Below are positions 1 to 10,826 of a stretch of DNA of 64,000 nt, piece after piece. Within the stretch, counting starts at the first letter, position 1. The number at the start of each line of letters is the position of its first letter. Location of the stretch: positions 1 to 64,000 of the forward strand of contig CAZUFC010000001.1 of assembly GCA_964619725.1 (NCBI GenBank), read 5' to 3'. The position numbers were made by a program, and so were the translations under genes. Source of the stretch: an uncultured bacterium (GTDB lineage: Bacteria > CSSED10-310 > CAZUFC01). The notes under the pieces are model-generated. The model had not been told where the DNA came from. It saw nothing but the letters and a program-made list of their open reading frames with translations, and ran no database searches.

Positions 1-1320
1 ACGCCCACTTACACACCGACAGATACACCGACCGATACGCCTACCGTGACGCAGACGCCCACTAGAACGCCGACGGATACGCCGACTTATACTCCGACAG
101 ATACCCCGACCGACACGCCGACAATCACTCAGACGCCCACTAGGACACCGACGGATACGCCCACTTATACACCGACAGATACACCGACCGACACGCCGAC
201 AATCACTCAGACGCCCACTAGAACACCGACTGACACGCCGACTTATACTCCGACAGACACCCCGACCGACACGCCGACAATCACCCAGACGCCCACTAGA
301 ACACCGACGGATACGCCCACTTACACACCGACAGATACACCGACCGATACGCCGACCGTGACGCAGACGCCAACTAGAACGCCGACGGATACGCCTACTT
401 ATACTCCGACAGATACCCCGACCGACACGCCGACAATCACCCAGACGCCAACTAGAACGCCGACGGATACGCCGACTTATACTCCGACAGATACCCCGAC
501 CGACACGCCGACAATCACCCAGACGCCCACTAGAACACCGACGGATACGCCCACTTACACACCGACAGATACACCGACCGATACGCCGACCGTGACGCAG
601 ACGCCAACTAGAACGCCGACGGATACGCCTACTTATACTCCGACAGATACCCCGACCGATACGCCGACAATCACGCAGACGCCAACTAGAACGCCGACGG
701 ATACGCCGACTTACACGCCGACAGATACCCCTACCGATACGCCGACAATCACGCAGACGCCAACTAGAACGCCGACGGATACGCCTACTTATACTCCGAC
801 AGATACCCCGACCGACACGCCGACAATCACCCAGACGCCAACTAGAACGCCGACGGATACGCCGACTTATACTCCGACAGATACCCCGACCGACACGCCG
901 ACAATCACTCAGACGCCCACTAGAACACCGACGGATACACCGACAGTAACCCAAACACCCACCGACACGCCCACCGATACACCGACTGTCACTCAGACAC
1001 CCACCGACACCCCGACCGATACGCCGACGGTCACACAAACACCCACCGACACCCCGACCGATACGCCGACGGTCACACAAACACCCACCGACACCCCGAC
1101 CGATACGCCGACTGTCACACAAACACCCACCGACACCCCGACCGATACGCCGACGGTAACTCAGACACCCACCGACACCCCGACCGATACGCCGACAGTA
1201 ACCCAAACACCGACCGACACGCCTACCGACACCCCGACTGTCACACAAACACCGACTGACACGCCCACCGATACACCGACTGACACGCCCACCGATACAC
1301 CGACTTATACTCCGACACCC
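1..1320 (+). repeat. Coding tandem repeats: about 12 x 78 bp (26 aa), then 8 x 42 bp (14 aa)
   Basis: (I/V)[13 protein letters not shown] units start at 46, 124 ... 904. [14 protein letters not shown] units start at 946 ... 1240. Copies differ mainly at synonymous sites. Confidence 0.95.
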
Positions 1321-3288
1321 ACGCCGGTTTTACCCGAATGTCCTCCCGAATCGATATGGTCTCAACCTCCCGCCGGCCCTGCAGACGGCATCGCTTACCT
1401 CAGCGACGAATCGGCCGGCATATACATGTATGAAATGATAGACGGCCCAACCGATCCGGTTTGCGGACTGATCTGGTGGGGCGCTGAATTGGATTTGCTG
1501 CAATTTACGGAATGTTCGAAAGATGTGCTTTTCGACGTAGTAATATATGAGGACCAGGGCGGCATGCCCGGAGCGGCGCTGCTGAGTCAGTCGGTCGCCC
1601 CAGTAAAAACATATACCGGAATATTATATGATTTAGGACAATTGCAGTATGAGTTAATCGAATATGAAGCGGTTATCGATCCCTGCTTCATACCTTCCGG
1701 GACTTTCTGGGTCTCGGTTTCAGCCGATCCCGATCCGGGACAGGATGAATGCCGATTCAACTGGATGACCTCATCAACGGGCGACAATTTCAGCTATATG
1801 TGGATCGGAGATGCTTTTGAACCTGTGGAGGAAGATTTAAGTCTATGTCTGTTGACCGGTATTTTGACGCCGACTCCGACCTCTACAGATACCCCGACCC
1901 AGACGCCGACGGAGACACCGAGCTGGACGCCGACGGATACGCCGACAGAGACGCCGACCGTAACGTTGACGCCCACGGGAAGCCCGACGGAAACCCCGAC
2001 GAACACGCCAAGTCAAACTGCGACCCGCACGCCGACGGGAACGCCTACGGTCACCTTAACGCCTTCGCAAAGTCCGACAATGACGGCGACCATCACGCAA
2101 TCGCCCACGAATACTCCTACTTCAACCCCGACCAATTCGCCGACGAACACCCCGACACGCACGCCCACTCAAACCCTGACGCCTACAGCCACCCCGACGA
2201 TTCTCATCACCTTCCCGCCTTCGCCGACTTTTGAGCCAACCATAACGCCTTCCATAACGCCGGAACCGACTCTGACGCCGGCCTGCAGCATACTGGAAAT
2301 ATTATCTCATGAAATTGAATTCGATCCCCCTATGGGCTCTCCCGACCGACTTGTTACAATTACCGCTCCAGTTCACAACGTCGGCTGGATGGACGTCAGT
2401 TACACCGAAGTCTTTTTCGCCTATGAAGCGACCCCTGAGAACCCTCTGGACGATCCCAACATGATATTCATCGGGGACCCCGTGCCGCTTACCGACCTGG
2501 CAATAGGCGAGGTAAAGGAAGCCAGCGTAATATGGTATACCGAGGGATTAGACCCGATCATCTATCCTGTCTATGTATTCACCCATAATACCGAGCCGCC
2601 GGAATGCTACGCTCACTTGACGACGACCGAATATCTCGTTCCCGTATGCCTGTATAAGTTCATCGCTGTTCCCAAGGACAATGCGCTTGAACTGCAATGG
2701 ACGACCGTTACCGAAATCGACAACGTGGGATTCCATATCCTCCGGTCGGATTCCTATTACGACGGTTTCGAAATCGTAACAGAATCGATGATTCCCGGAG
2801 CCGGCACAAGCTACAGCAAGCATGAATACACTTACACGGATAAGCATCTTACAAACGGCTCGCCATACTTTTACAAACTGGCCATGATTGATTCGACAGG
2901 AAATAAAGACCTCTCAGAAATCATCTGCGGCGTCCCCAACCCGGAAACGCAATGCAGCGTCAGATTCGAAACCTGGAGCGATCAATCCGTTTATTCCGCA
3001 TCCCAGACCCTGCGCCTCAGTTACAGAATCACCGGCGACGATAAATCCTGCACGCTCAAGTTGTTCACACCCATAATCATCAATGAAGTTTACGTTGGAG
3101 ACTTCATCCCGCCTGCAGACGTCGTTTTTACGCCGGAATTAGAGGTTTCCGGTGAGTTCTTCCGGTATGAATGGACCGGCCAGGAACCGACGGGAGAATA
3201 TTTGTTCCTGATCATTCTGACGAACACCTCCGGCAATGAGCTGAAATATATGGATATAAATTATTTCCGCTTTATAGGAAAACAATAA
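1..3288 (+). CDS. Large Thr/Pro-repeat cell-surface protein (5'-truncated by window edge), with beta-sandwich/CARDB-like and FN3-like domains and a C-terminal beta domain
   Basis: The frame is open from base 1. About 440 aa of TPT repeats are followed by a globular domain (ESIWSQPP...DLSLCL), a second PT linker, a CARDB-like segment ([11 protein letters not shown]) and a PV-L-type motif (LVPVCLYKF...[19 protein letters not shown]). Confidence 0.8.
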   Translation, partial: TPTYTPTDTPTDTPTVTQTPTRTPTDTPTYTPTDTPTDTPTITQTPTRTPTDTPTYTPTDTPTDTPTITQTPTRTPTDTPTYTPTDTPTDTPTITQTPTRTPTDTPTYTPTDTPTDTPTVTQTPTRTPTDTPTYTPTDTPTDTPTITQTPTRTPTDTPTYTPTDTPTDTPTITQTPTRTPTDTPTYTPTDTPTDTPTVTQTPTRTPTDTPTYTPTDTPTDTPTITQTPTRTPTDTPTYTPTDTPTDTPTITQTPTRTPTDTPTYTPTDTPTDTPTITQTPTRTPTDTPTYTPTDTPTDTPTITQTPTRTPTDTPTVTQTPTDTPTDTPTVTQTPTDTPTDTPTVTQTPTDTPTDTPTVTQTPTDTPTDTPTVTQTPTDTPTDTPTVTQTPTDTPTDTPTVTQTPTDTPTDTPTVTQTPTDTPTDTPTDTPTDTPTYTPTPTPVLPECPPESIWSQPPAGPADGIAYLSDESAGIYMYEMIDGPTDPVCGLIWWGAELDLLQFTECSKDVLFDVVIYEDQGGMPGAALLSQSVAPVKTYTGILYDLGQLQYELIEYEAVIDPCFIPSGTFWVSVSADPDPGQDECRFNWMTSSTGDNFSYMWIGDAFEPVEEDLSLCLLTGILTPTPTSTDTPTQTPTETPSWTPTDTPTETPTVTLTPTGSPTETPTNTPSQTATRTPTGTPTVTLTPSQSPTMTATITQSPTNTPTSTPTNSPTNTPTRTPTQTLTPTATPTILITFPPSPTFEPTITPSITPEPTLTPACSILEILSHEIEFDPPMGSPDRLVTITAPVHNVGWMDVSYTEVFFAYEATPENPLDDPNMIFIGDPVPLTDLAIGEVKEASVIWYTEGLDPIIYPVYVFTHNTEPPECYAHLTTTEYLVPVCLYKFIAVPKDNALELQWTTVTEIDNVGFHILRSDSYYDGFEIVTESMIPGAGTSYSKHEYTYTDKHLTNGSPYFYKLAMIDSTGNKDLSEIICGVPNPETQCSVRFETWSDQSVYSASQTLRLSYRITGDDKSCTLKLFTPIIINEVYVGDFIPPADVVFTPELEVSGEFFRYEWTGQEPTGEYLFLIILTNTSGNELKYMDINYFRFIGKQ

Positions 3289-3356
3289 GCTCCGGCATCC
3301 ATATCTCACTTTTATACGCGACTGACACTGGCATTCAGATTCTTACCATACCGGGC

Positions 3357-3607
3357 CTTTGGCCTTAAGATAATAGGAACAGATAATTGTTTTTAAAGTA
3401 AAAAAAACTTAAAAATGGATTCGCGGTCGTGATCATTGTCGTTGTCAAGTTTAAACCTGACGCCCATTCAGACGAAATTGAATTTAAAACTTATTTCGCA
3501 CGATACTCCGACAACTAAAACCGCTTCGCCGGTAACGACAATGACAACGAAGCATCAGCCAACATATTGAGAAGCAATGAAGTAAGGCTTATCTTAATAC
3601 GTATTCC
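3357..3607. mobile_element. MITE-like element family A, copy 1
   Basis: Homologous to 14056-14266. Subterminal inverted repeat TTAAGATAA...TTATCTTAA. Flanked by the 8-bp direct repeat TACCGGGC (3349-3356 and 3608-3615). Confidence 0.8.
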
Positions 3608-5307
3608 TACCGGGCAGCCTCTCTCTCCCTCCTGAATTCTTCAATCTGTTCCAGCAAACTCTCATTCCCCGGCGACAGTTTCAATGCTGCATCATAGTGA
3701 ATTTCGGCATCTTCAAAACGTCCCTGTTCAGTATAAATTCTTGCCAGGTGAATATGAGTAAGAATCAGACGGGGATTTAAATGCAGGGCGCGTTTATAAT
3801 AGGCTATGGCTTCGTTCAAGCGGTTCAGACCAGCTAAAGTGTAACCGCGTGAATGAGCTTTCAGCGCAGGATTGACCCTTAATTCCATCTTCGTATTGAT
3901 GAAAGAGGCCAGAAGGATCAAAATAAGGATGTAAGCTGCAGCCCGGTCGATCTTTTTAAAAGCTGCGATGACCGCCCTGACCGCGTATCCTGCATACAGC
4001 AGGAGAACAGGGACTATGGGAAGTCTGTATCGGGCCGTTATGAAAAAGAGTATCACGGAAAAAGAATAGGTAATGAAATACAGAAAAAACAATAGATGTC
4101 CCCGTTTCCTTTTGATGTTCAGCGCTATTCCGAACAGCCCCAACGGCATAATAAAACCCATCGGAATAAAAGCTGCTTTTAACGACCAGGCTATTTCACG
4201 GAGAAACTCAAACTCAATATTAATCGGCACTTCATACCCGTTGAAAAATGCCCGCGCCTTCTTCACGGTTAAATCGAAAAAAGCTTTCGGATTCTCTTTT
4301 ATGAACTCCAGTCCTCTCCGAAACCAATAGGAGGAAGCTTCCGAGTCGGTCATGTTTTTCCGTCCCGTTATCTTCTCTGCAACCAGACGGGGAACCTCCT
4401 GATTGAATAATCCGGTTATCGGCGGCATTTCGGGCGGCGGCGTATAAAAACCCGTGGCATCCTTGTTGTTTCCGACGAAAAAGTTGATTCCGCCGTGAGT
4501 CGTCACCAGGACAGGCTCTCCGGTTATTATCAGGTTCCTTATGCTGAACGGCATAAAGCAACATGTGATGCCAAGCAGAACGAATCCCATTGATACGGCC
4601 CTTTTTCGCTTGCTCCTCTCCCGTCCATGAATGAAATAAGCCCATAAAAGCGCTGCGGGAAAAAAGAGCATGACGTTCGGGCGGGAAAGCGCGAACAATC
4701 CCATGCATAACCCGCCGAAAAACCAGTAAATCAAACGGTCACGCACCTCTGCCCTGTGCAGAAAAAATAAAAAAGCCGTCGGGGCCAATATGGAAAAGGA
4801 CGCATCGAGTATCTGGCCTTCATACAGCAAAATGAGGGAATAAAACGCGTATAAAAAGAGAGTGAACAAAGCTGTGAGTTTATCGAAAAGTTCACGAGCC
4901 AGAAAATATAGCAGAACCCCGGAAATCAAGCCCAGTAAAAACTGAAATGCGAGAACCGCCGTAAAATTTTCACCGAATACACTAAATATTATCCCTAAAA
5001 AATAATAATAAAGAGGGCTGAATGTCAGACTCTGACCCTTAAGGAAAAAATCGCCCTCCGCTATTTGCTTCGCCAGCTCTATCAATTCCGCCGAATCGGC
5101 AGACTTCACATAGTTGCCCTGGAATTCTACGAGATAAAGAATCCGCATGGCAATCATGAACGCAAGCAACGCCATAAAGAAAAAACGGTTCAATCGCTGC
5201 GTCAATCTTTCCATCAGCAACTCCACCGGGTCTGATTTCACATTTGATTCAATTTCTTCTTTTTTATTTCCCTTTTTTCGCCTGGATTTCGCTTTCCTTT
5301 TGCCCAT
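3607..5307 (-). CDS. GT-C (ArnT/PMT-like, family 39-type) membrane glycosyltransferase with C-terminal TPRs
   Basis: Many TM helices. Motifs SPLYYYFLG, LSRPN, GGINFFVGNN and ARYRLP. TPR repeats at the C-terminus. Confidence 0.8.
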   Translation of the reverse strand: MGKRKAKSRRKKGNKKEEIESNVKSDPVELLMERLTQRLNRFFFMALLAFMIAMRILYLVEFQGNYVKSADSAELIELAKQIAEGDFFLKGQSLTFSPLYYYFLGIIFSVFGENFTAVLAFQFLLGLISGVLLYFLARELFDKLTALFTLFLYAFYSLILLYEGQILDASFSILAPTAFLFFLHRAEVRDRLIYWFFGGLCMGLFALSRPNVMLFFPAALLWAYFIHGRERSKRKRAVSMGFVLLGITCCFMPFSIRNLIITGEPVLVTTHGGINFFVGNNKDATGFYTPPPEMPPITGLFNQEVPRLVAEKITGRKNMTDSEASSYWFRRGLEFIKENPKAFFDLTVKKARAFFNGYEVPINIEFEFLREIAWSLKAAFIPMGFIMPLGLFGIALNIKRKRGHLLFFLYFITYSFSVILFFITARYRLPIVPVLLLYAGYAVRAVIAAFKKIDRAAAYILILILLASFINTKMELRVNPALKAHSRGYTLAGLNRLNEAIAYYKRALHLNPRLILTHIHLARIYTEQGRFEDAEIHYDAALKLSPGNESLLEQIEEFRREREAAR

Positions 5308-5372
5308 TATGAATACCTGTCCTCTAAGCTATATCAATTCGATTCCAAAGGTGCCCCGGTCGACTCTGAACC

Positions 5373-6791
5373 CTACTTGCCGAAAAAGAAATGCTTGAAT
5401 GTATGCAATCCCAAACGAACGACCCGGCCGAATGAAATATTTTCACTTCCCATATAATTATAGGCATACCACATCAGAAAAACATAATCATAGAAAGGAT
5501 TCGGCGGCAGCTTTATCAGTTTTTTAATGATGAATTTGAGACGGGGAAACCGGACAGCGAAAAAGAAAAACTTCTGGAGATTGGCGAATTCCCGGGAGGA
5601 ATCGCTTTGAATTACGCTCGATTTATAAAAGGATGACCCCATATTGTCTATGTTGTAATCTTTCGGGACCATCCCCATGGATATCACTTTGTCTCCCAGC
5701 TCTGTTTTAGGATAAGGCTGATAAACCGAACATGACGGATAATCTGTTCGGATTTCCTGGTTGATTTCTACGGTTTGAAACGCTGTTTCTATCGTTTCGC
5801 CCGGCAAACCCAGCATGTTAGTGGTCCTGATAGGTATATCGTAACGATGAAATAACCCCGCGGCATCCCTGATCTGACGGTTACTTATCGTCTTCTTCAA
5901 TACCTTGCGCCTTATCTCGGGATTCCCGCTTTCAACCCCGAAGTCCACACTGTGACATCCCGCATCCTTCAGCGACCGAACTATTTCATCCGTAACCAGG
6001 TCCGCCCTGACGTGACAGATGAAAGGAAGCCGCACTTTTTCTCCGTAAAGTTTTAAAAAAGGCTTCAACCGCGAAATTTTAAGTATAAAAGTGTCGTCCT
6101 GGAAGCATACAGTTTTTAATCCGTAACGATCGCGGACGCCGGTAATCTCTTCAATCGTCTTTTCCGCAGACCTGAAACGAGTGAAATGTCCCTTATGCCG
6201 GTACATTTCTTTTAAACTCGCCATCGAACAATACGCGCAATTGAAAGGACACCCGCGACCTGATATGAAATTTTTTGTCGGATTATCAGCCAAAAAAGGA
6301 TATTGGTAATACAACTCACGATCAGGCGCAGGCAAAGCATCCAAATCCTCAATCAACGGAGCCATCGGGTTGCGAATTATTCTCCCCTCAGTTTTTACCC
6401 ATAAATTCGGTATATCGCTGAAGGAACGTCTCTCTTCCACCCTCTCCGCTAACATACGAAACGCATTTTCACCTTCGCCTCGACAAATTACATCCAATCC
6501 CTCTTTCTCAATTACTTCGGGGAAATACGTCGGATGAGCGCCGCCCATCACGATCAAAGCGTTCGACTTCGACTTTATATGTCCCGTCTGCTGCAGCGCC
6601 CAGAGATGAGTCCCCGTCGTTACCGAAAATGCCGCTATATCCGGATTTATCCGCTCCAGTTCCCCGGCCGAAATCGGCGATGCCCCTATCTTCAGATATA
6701 CTTCATGACCCTCTTTCTTCAAAATTGAAGAAAGATACATCGGCCCTAGATTCTCAGACCATATTTTCTGGAGAAATAATACGCGCGCCAT
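5373..6791 (-). CDS. B12-binding domain radical SAM protein
   Basis: N-terminal cobalamin-binding domain (MGGAHPT), GRGCPFNCAYC (CxxxCxxC), GVESG and MLGLPGET. Confidence 0.9.
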   Translation of the reverse strand: MARVLFLQKIWSENLGPMYLSSILKKEGHEVYLKIGASPISAGELERINPDIAAFSVTTGTHLWALQQTGHIKSKSNALIVMGGAHPTYFPEVIEKEGLDVICRGEGENAFRMLAERVEERRSFSDIPNLWVKTEGRIIRNPMAPLIEDLDALPAPDRELYYQYPFLADNPTKNFISGRGCPFNCAYCSMASLKEMYRHKGHFTRFRSAEKTIEEITGVRDRYGLKTVCFQDDTFILKISRLKPFLKLYGEKVRLPFICHVRADLVTDEIVRSLKDAGCHSVDFGVESGNPEIRRKVLKKTISNRQIRDAAGLFHRYDIPIRTTNMLGLPGETIETAFQTVEINQEIRTDYPSCSVYQPYPKTELGDKVISMGMVPKDYNIDNMGSSFYKSSVIQSDSSREFANLQKFFFFAVRFPRLKFIIKKLIKLPPNPFYDYVFLMWYAYNYMGSENISFGRVVRLGLHTFKHFFFGK

Positions 6792-6794
6792 AAA

Positions 6795-8492
6795 TTAATG
6801 ATATATCCATACCTGGCGGAATCTTAACAGATCATCTGCAGGTTCTTCCAGTTTCTGCACATAGGTACGGTAAGCCCATATCCTGTCCGGTCGGCACAAG
6901 GGTATTGAAGGAAGCTCATCTCTCAAAACCTTTTCGAGTTTCAACGCGGTTTCCGGTTTCGGCTGCTTTTTCAACAACTTCAAAAGATCGTCGAAACGTT
7001 CGTTTTCCCAATTGCATTTGTTGCCCGGATGATACGAACCGAAATATTCATAAAACTGAAGCATTTCCTCTCCGCCCCGCCAATCCTCGTAATCCTCCAG
7101 GGCCGCCTCAAAATCCTGTAGGCCCTCTTCCTCGCCTTCATATATCCGCTGAAATACTTCTTCTTTCGGCAAGGGAACTAACTTAAGATCAACCTTTGCT
7201 TTTTTCAACTGCTCCTTAATGATTGCCGCCTGGTCCCTGAAAATTTCCTCATCCGTATATATCAATTCAACTTCGATCTCTTCCTCATCATCATTTGCCT
7301 TTAAACCTTCAGAACCGGAATACTCATAACTTTTATCGTCAATACCTTCTGCTCGCATGACGCCCGAATCCAGAATGAAATCGGGCACATGTCCATACGC
7401 CGGTTGAGCATAACCGTTGAAAACTCCTTCGACCAACCGGTTTCGATCCACGGCTTCATAAATCCTGCGTCGAAGCCTGATGTCGCTCAAAGGCCCTTTC
7501 TGCGTGTTGCAGTAAATCTGTTCCAATAATCGCCTGGGCCTGCGCATGAACCTGACCTTGCCGGGGTTGGTCGTCTCCCCGGTTTTCGTAACCGGAAATT
7601 CCGTCACAAGGCCGTAACGGTTTCGCGATATCCCGCTGACCAGATCATCATCGTTTTCCGCAATTTTAAAATGTATCCTCCGAATGAAAGGCAAAGCTGT
7701 CAGAGGTTTTTCTTCCTCGGTTTCCCTGGTTTCCTCAGTTTCCCCTGACGCTGTTTTTTCCGGTTCCACACCTTTTTTTATCTGTTCCCATTGTTCAAGC
7801 GTCAACCAGTAATCCTTAAACCCTTCCAAAGTTAAAATTTCACCTTTAGCCCACTCTTTAAGCCGAAAAGGACCTGTTCCGACAGCCATCGCTTCGCCGT
7901 ATTTCGGTCCGTACTTTTTAACCGTAGCCTCCGACAATATGAACATCTCATGCCGGGATAAAAGGTCCATAAGAGTCGTCGCATCAACGCCGGTCTTTAC
8001 CCTGATTCCATAGCGACCGTCAGTCCGTATGGATCGGATGTCCCGAAAACGTTCTGCAGTCGGACATTTCGTCTCTGCCGCAACTAACCTCCGGAATGTA
8101 AAAACCACATCCTCTGAAGAAAAACTCGACCCGTCGTGAAAAACAATATTTTTTCTCAAGGGGACGAAATATTCATCATCCGAAGTTATTTCCGGTTCGC
8201 CTGCAGCCAGCACAGGCAGATATTTATCTTCCGCTCTCTTCTCGTACAAAGCTTCCTGAATATTGGCAACCACTGTCAGCGAAGGTATATCATAGATAGC
8301 CTGAGAATCAAGGCCCTTTATTTCAATAGCTAAACCAATGCTGAACTCGCCGCCGCTACGGGAATCCCGAGTAATTTCCCGGGCCGTCAAAGGACCGCTG
8401 AACCACAGAACAGCAAGAATACCGACAGCGGTTATTCGAAAAGCCGGCCTGCCGAACCATTCAGTCATTTTCCTTATCGTCGCCCTGCTCAT
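6795..8492 (-). CDS. ABC transporter substrate-binding protein, family 5 (peptide/nickel)
   Basis: LRKNIVFHDGSSFSSEDVVFTF, VGTGPFRL and PLSDIRLRR motifs. The start codon is uncertain. Confidence 0.8.
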   Translation of the reverse strand: MSRATIRKMTEWFGRPAFRITAVGILAVLWFSGPLTAREITRDSRSGGEFSIGLAIEIKGLDSQAIYDIPSLTVVANIQEALYEKRAEDKYLPVLAAGEPEITSDDEYFVPLRKNIVFHDGSSFSSEDVVFTFRRLVAAETKCPTAERFRDIRSIRTDGRYGIRVKTGVDATTLMDLLSRHEMFILSEATVKKYGPKYGEAMAVGTGPFRLKEWAKGEILTLEGFKDYWLTLEQWEQIKKGVEPEKTASGETEETRETEEEKPLTALPFIRRIHFKIAENDDDLVSGISRNRYGLVTEFPVTKTGETTNPGKVRFMRRPRRLLEQIYCNTQKGPLSDIRLRRRIYEAVDRNRLVEGVFNGYAQPAYGHVPDFILDSGVMRAEGIDDKSYEYSGSEGLKANDDEEEIEVELIYTDEEIFRDQAAIIKEQLKKAKVDLKLVPLPKEEVFQRIYEGEEEGLQDFEAALEDYEDWRGGEEMLQFYEYFGSYHPGNKCNWENERFDDLLKLLKKQPKPETALKLEKVLRDELPSIPLCRPDRIWAYRTYVQKLEEPADDLLRFRQVWIYH

Positions 8493-9276
8493 CCTCAGCC
8501 TCGGCGCCTTCCCGCTCTTCTATTGCAGTCTCAATTCGTTCCAACGTTTCTGAAGCCATATTCGCTAATTTGTCGTCAGAATATTTCTCCGTCACTTCTT
8601 TCAAATATTCCTTCGCCTTATCATACTCGCCTCTCTCATAATGACTGTCGCCCAGATAATACAGAATTTCCAACTTCTGTTCCTCATCCCTGACCGACTT
8701 CATAGCATATTCAAACCTTCTGATCGCAGCCCTGAATTCATTTGTCCTGTGGTAGAATCTGCCGACGTAAATCTCGTGTTCTATCAGAATGTTATGTAGT
8801 TTTTCCGATTCTTCCGCCGCTTCATCGGCATATTCTGATGAAGGATACAAAGCCACGATTCTATCGAACGCCTCCTTTGCCCTCTTCGTGGCGGTCTGAT
8901 CGCGATCAGGAGAACGAACGTCCTTGCTGAGGCAGGTCGCAAACCTGTATTGTGCATATGGAGCATCCGGATGCGAGGGGTGCCTTTCGACAAACCATTC
9001 ATATTCAACGGACGCCGAAGTATACTTCTTCTGATTGTAAAAAGTATCCGCCAGCAACAGTTGAGCCGAATCGGCATACTTGCTTGCCGGATACTCATCT
9101 CTTATCTGCTCGAAAGCCTGCCTAGCCTTCAACCACTTTTCCTTCTCCATGCGCTGCACGCCCAGTCTGTGCCATTCTTCCGGGGAAAGCCGTATGAATT
9201 TGTTTACGGTGCAGGATGCAAAAGTGAAAATCGAAATTAATAAAACCGCTGAACTGTATTTTCTTAAAAAACGCAT
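8461..9276 (-). CDS. bamD: Outer membrane protein assembly lipoprotein BamD
   Basis: Lipobox FASC, TPR-like repeats, and the motifs YPASKYA, HPSHPDAPYAQY, DRDQ, HEIYVGRFY and AAIRRF. Confidence 0.85.
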   Translation of the reverse strand: MRFLRKYSSAVLLISIFTFASCTVNKFIRLSPEEWHRLGVQRMEKEKWLKARQAFEQIRDEYPASKYADSAQLLLADTFYNQKKYTSASVEYEWFVERHPSHPDAPYAQYRFATCLSKDVRSPDRDQTATKRAKEAFDRIVALYPSSEYADEAAEESEKLHNILIEHEIYVGRFYHRTNEFRAAIRRFEYAMKSVRDEEQKLEILYYLGDSHYERGEYDKAKEYLKEVTEKYSDDKLANMASETLERIETAIEEREGAEAEDEQGDDKEND

Positions 9277-9372
9277 TTTATTGTCGTTCTATTCTCCTTA
9301 ATGCTTTGCGGCGCCCCGTACTTCTCGTGTTGCTTCCGCTGCCGTAATACACCGAAACCCCTTGCTGCTCCG

Positions 9373-10626
9373 CTATTCATCAAAAAAATTGGTCAGAATT
9401 TTTCCCTTTTGCTGAAAGCGCCTCCTCAACCAACCCTTCAATCGAACCAGTTCCGTGTGAGAATCATTGTAAATGTCGCCTGCCAGCAACGATGCCAACG
9501 CTCTGTACTTGGCGTGATCCTTCAATACCTCGGCGAAGAGATGATTAAAAAACGTTCCCTCGTAAAAAGTCCGTGTCAACGCATAAAAAATTTCCTGCGC
9601 TCCGGTCACGGCATGAGCATATCTCTGCAAAGCCTCTGCATACATGGATGGAGCGCCGGATAATTCTTCGACTGTACCGGCAGCCCATATGCCCATGTTG
9701 ACGGCCAAATAAACGCCGTGAAAAAAAGCAGGGTCCATGAATCCCGCGGCATCGCCCGCCAGCAGATAATTCGTACCGTATAACGGACGACAATAATAGG
9801 AAAAATTTGAGTACTGTTGAAAATTTACCTTCTGCCGCGCCTTCTGAAGAAAAGGCTTGAAAGAAGGTATCTGAATTATTTTGTTCTCCAGATTCTTGCG
9901 GGACAGAGACGAATTACGGGAATTTTTGTCGCTGACGAATCCGACCGTAAACCTGTCTTCCACAGACGGTATCATCCAGGCCCAACCGTTCGAAAAACGA
10001 TGTATCCGAATCAGGTCCCCGTCGCTTTTCGGCGCACTATTTCCATACTCGAAAACGGCTATGTACGCATTCATGTCATGAAATTCCATCCGCCGTATCT
10101 CGCCCATCATCTCCGCCAAAACACATTCCCGGCCGCTTGCATCAATGAAAAAATTCCCCCTGACGGTCTGCTCCTTTTTACTCGCCGCATGCTGAAGCCG
10201 TAATGATACGATGTGATCCTTCTCCACTACCGGCTTGACAGCTTTCCAACCCTCCAGAAGCTCCACGCCTCTCTGAGCCGCATGGTTAAGCAAAAGGCGA
10301 TCAAAAGCGGTTCTGTCCATTAATAACGCTTCTGAATTTCTCTGATCAAAACTGTCCTGAAACAGAACCCTGTATTCCTTTCCCTTTTGATCGGTAAAGT
10401 AGAATCCATTGCCCTGTTTGAATTCTATCGTATCCAGTTTCGGTAATATTCCGAACTGTCTGAAAAGCGGTTTTATCTGAGGAAGAAGCACGCTGACGCC
10501 TTGAAAAACCGATCGTCTTGATTTTTCAATCAATAATACGGCAGCGCCCTCAGTCGCCAACTTTGCCGCTGCAGAAGCTCCTGCAGGCCCGCCGCCTATT
10601 ACTATCACGTCCCAGACCGTCTTCAT
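9373..10626 (-). CDS. FAD-dependent oxidoreductase, flavin-dependent halogenase/geranylgeranyl reductase superfamily
   Basis: GGGPAG, DRTAFDRLL, DASG, WAWMIP (WxWxIP) and GDAAGFMDP motifs. Confidence 0.8.
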   Translation of the reverse strand: MKTVWDVIVIGGGPAGASAAAKLATEGAAVLLIEKSRRSVFQGVSVLLPQIKPLFRQFGILPKLDTIEFKQGNGFYFTDQKGKEYRVLFQDSFDQRNSEALLMDRTAFDRLLLNHAAQRGVELLEGWKAVKPVVEKDHIVSLRLQHAASKKEQTVRGNFFIDASGRECVLAEMMGEIRRMEFHDMNAYIAVFEYGNSAPKSDGDLIRIHRFSNGWAWMIPSVEDRFTVGFVSDKNSRNSSLSRKNLENKIIQIPSFKPFLQKARQKVNFQQYSNFSYYCRPLYGTNYLLAGDAAGFMDPAFFHGVYLAVNMGIWAAGTVEELSGAPSMYAEALQRYAHAVTGAQEIFYALTRTFYEGTFFNHLFAEVLKDHAKYRALASLLAGDIYNDSHTELVRLKGWLRRRFQQKGKILTNFFDE

Positions 10627-10775
10627 AGAAATACCCTCTCACCGACAATAAGATAGATGAAAAACCGCTTTTTGTCGAGACTTTTTTTTGTTTTTTTGAA
10701 ACAGATGTACTGGGGGGAACCAAACCTGCTGTATTCTTTAAATTAAAAGCCCCTGTGACGCCGCAAAACATCCTG

Positions 10776-10804
10776 TTGACCCCTCGGCTGCTCTGATTTA
10801 CAAT
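10776..10804 (+). promoter_or_regulatory. Putative sigma70 promoter of the RuBisCO-like gene
   Basis: TTGACC-N17-TACAAT, followed by a GGAGG RBS and ATG at 10827. Confidence 0.6.
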
Positions 10805-10826
10805 CCCCCGCGGAGGAATAACGATT

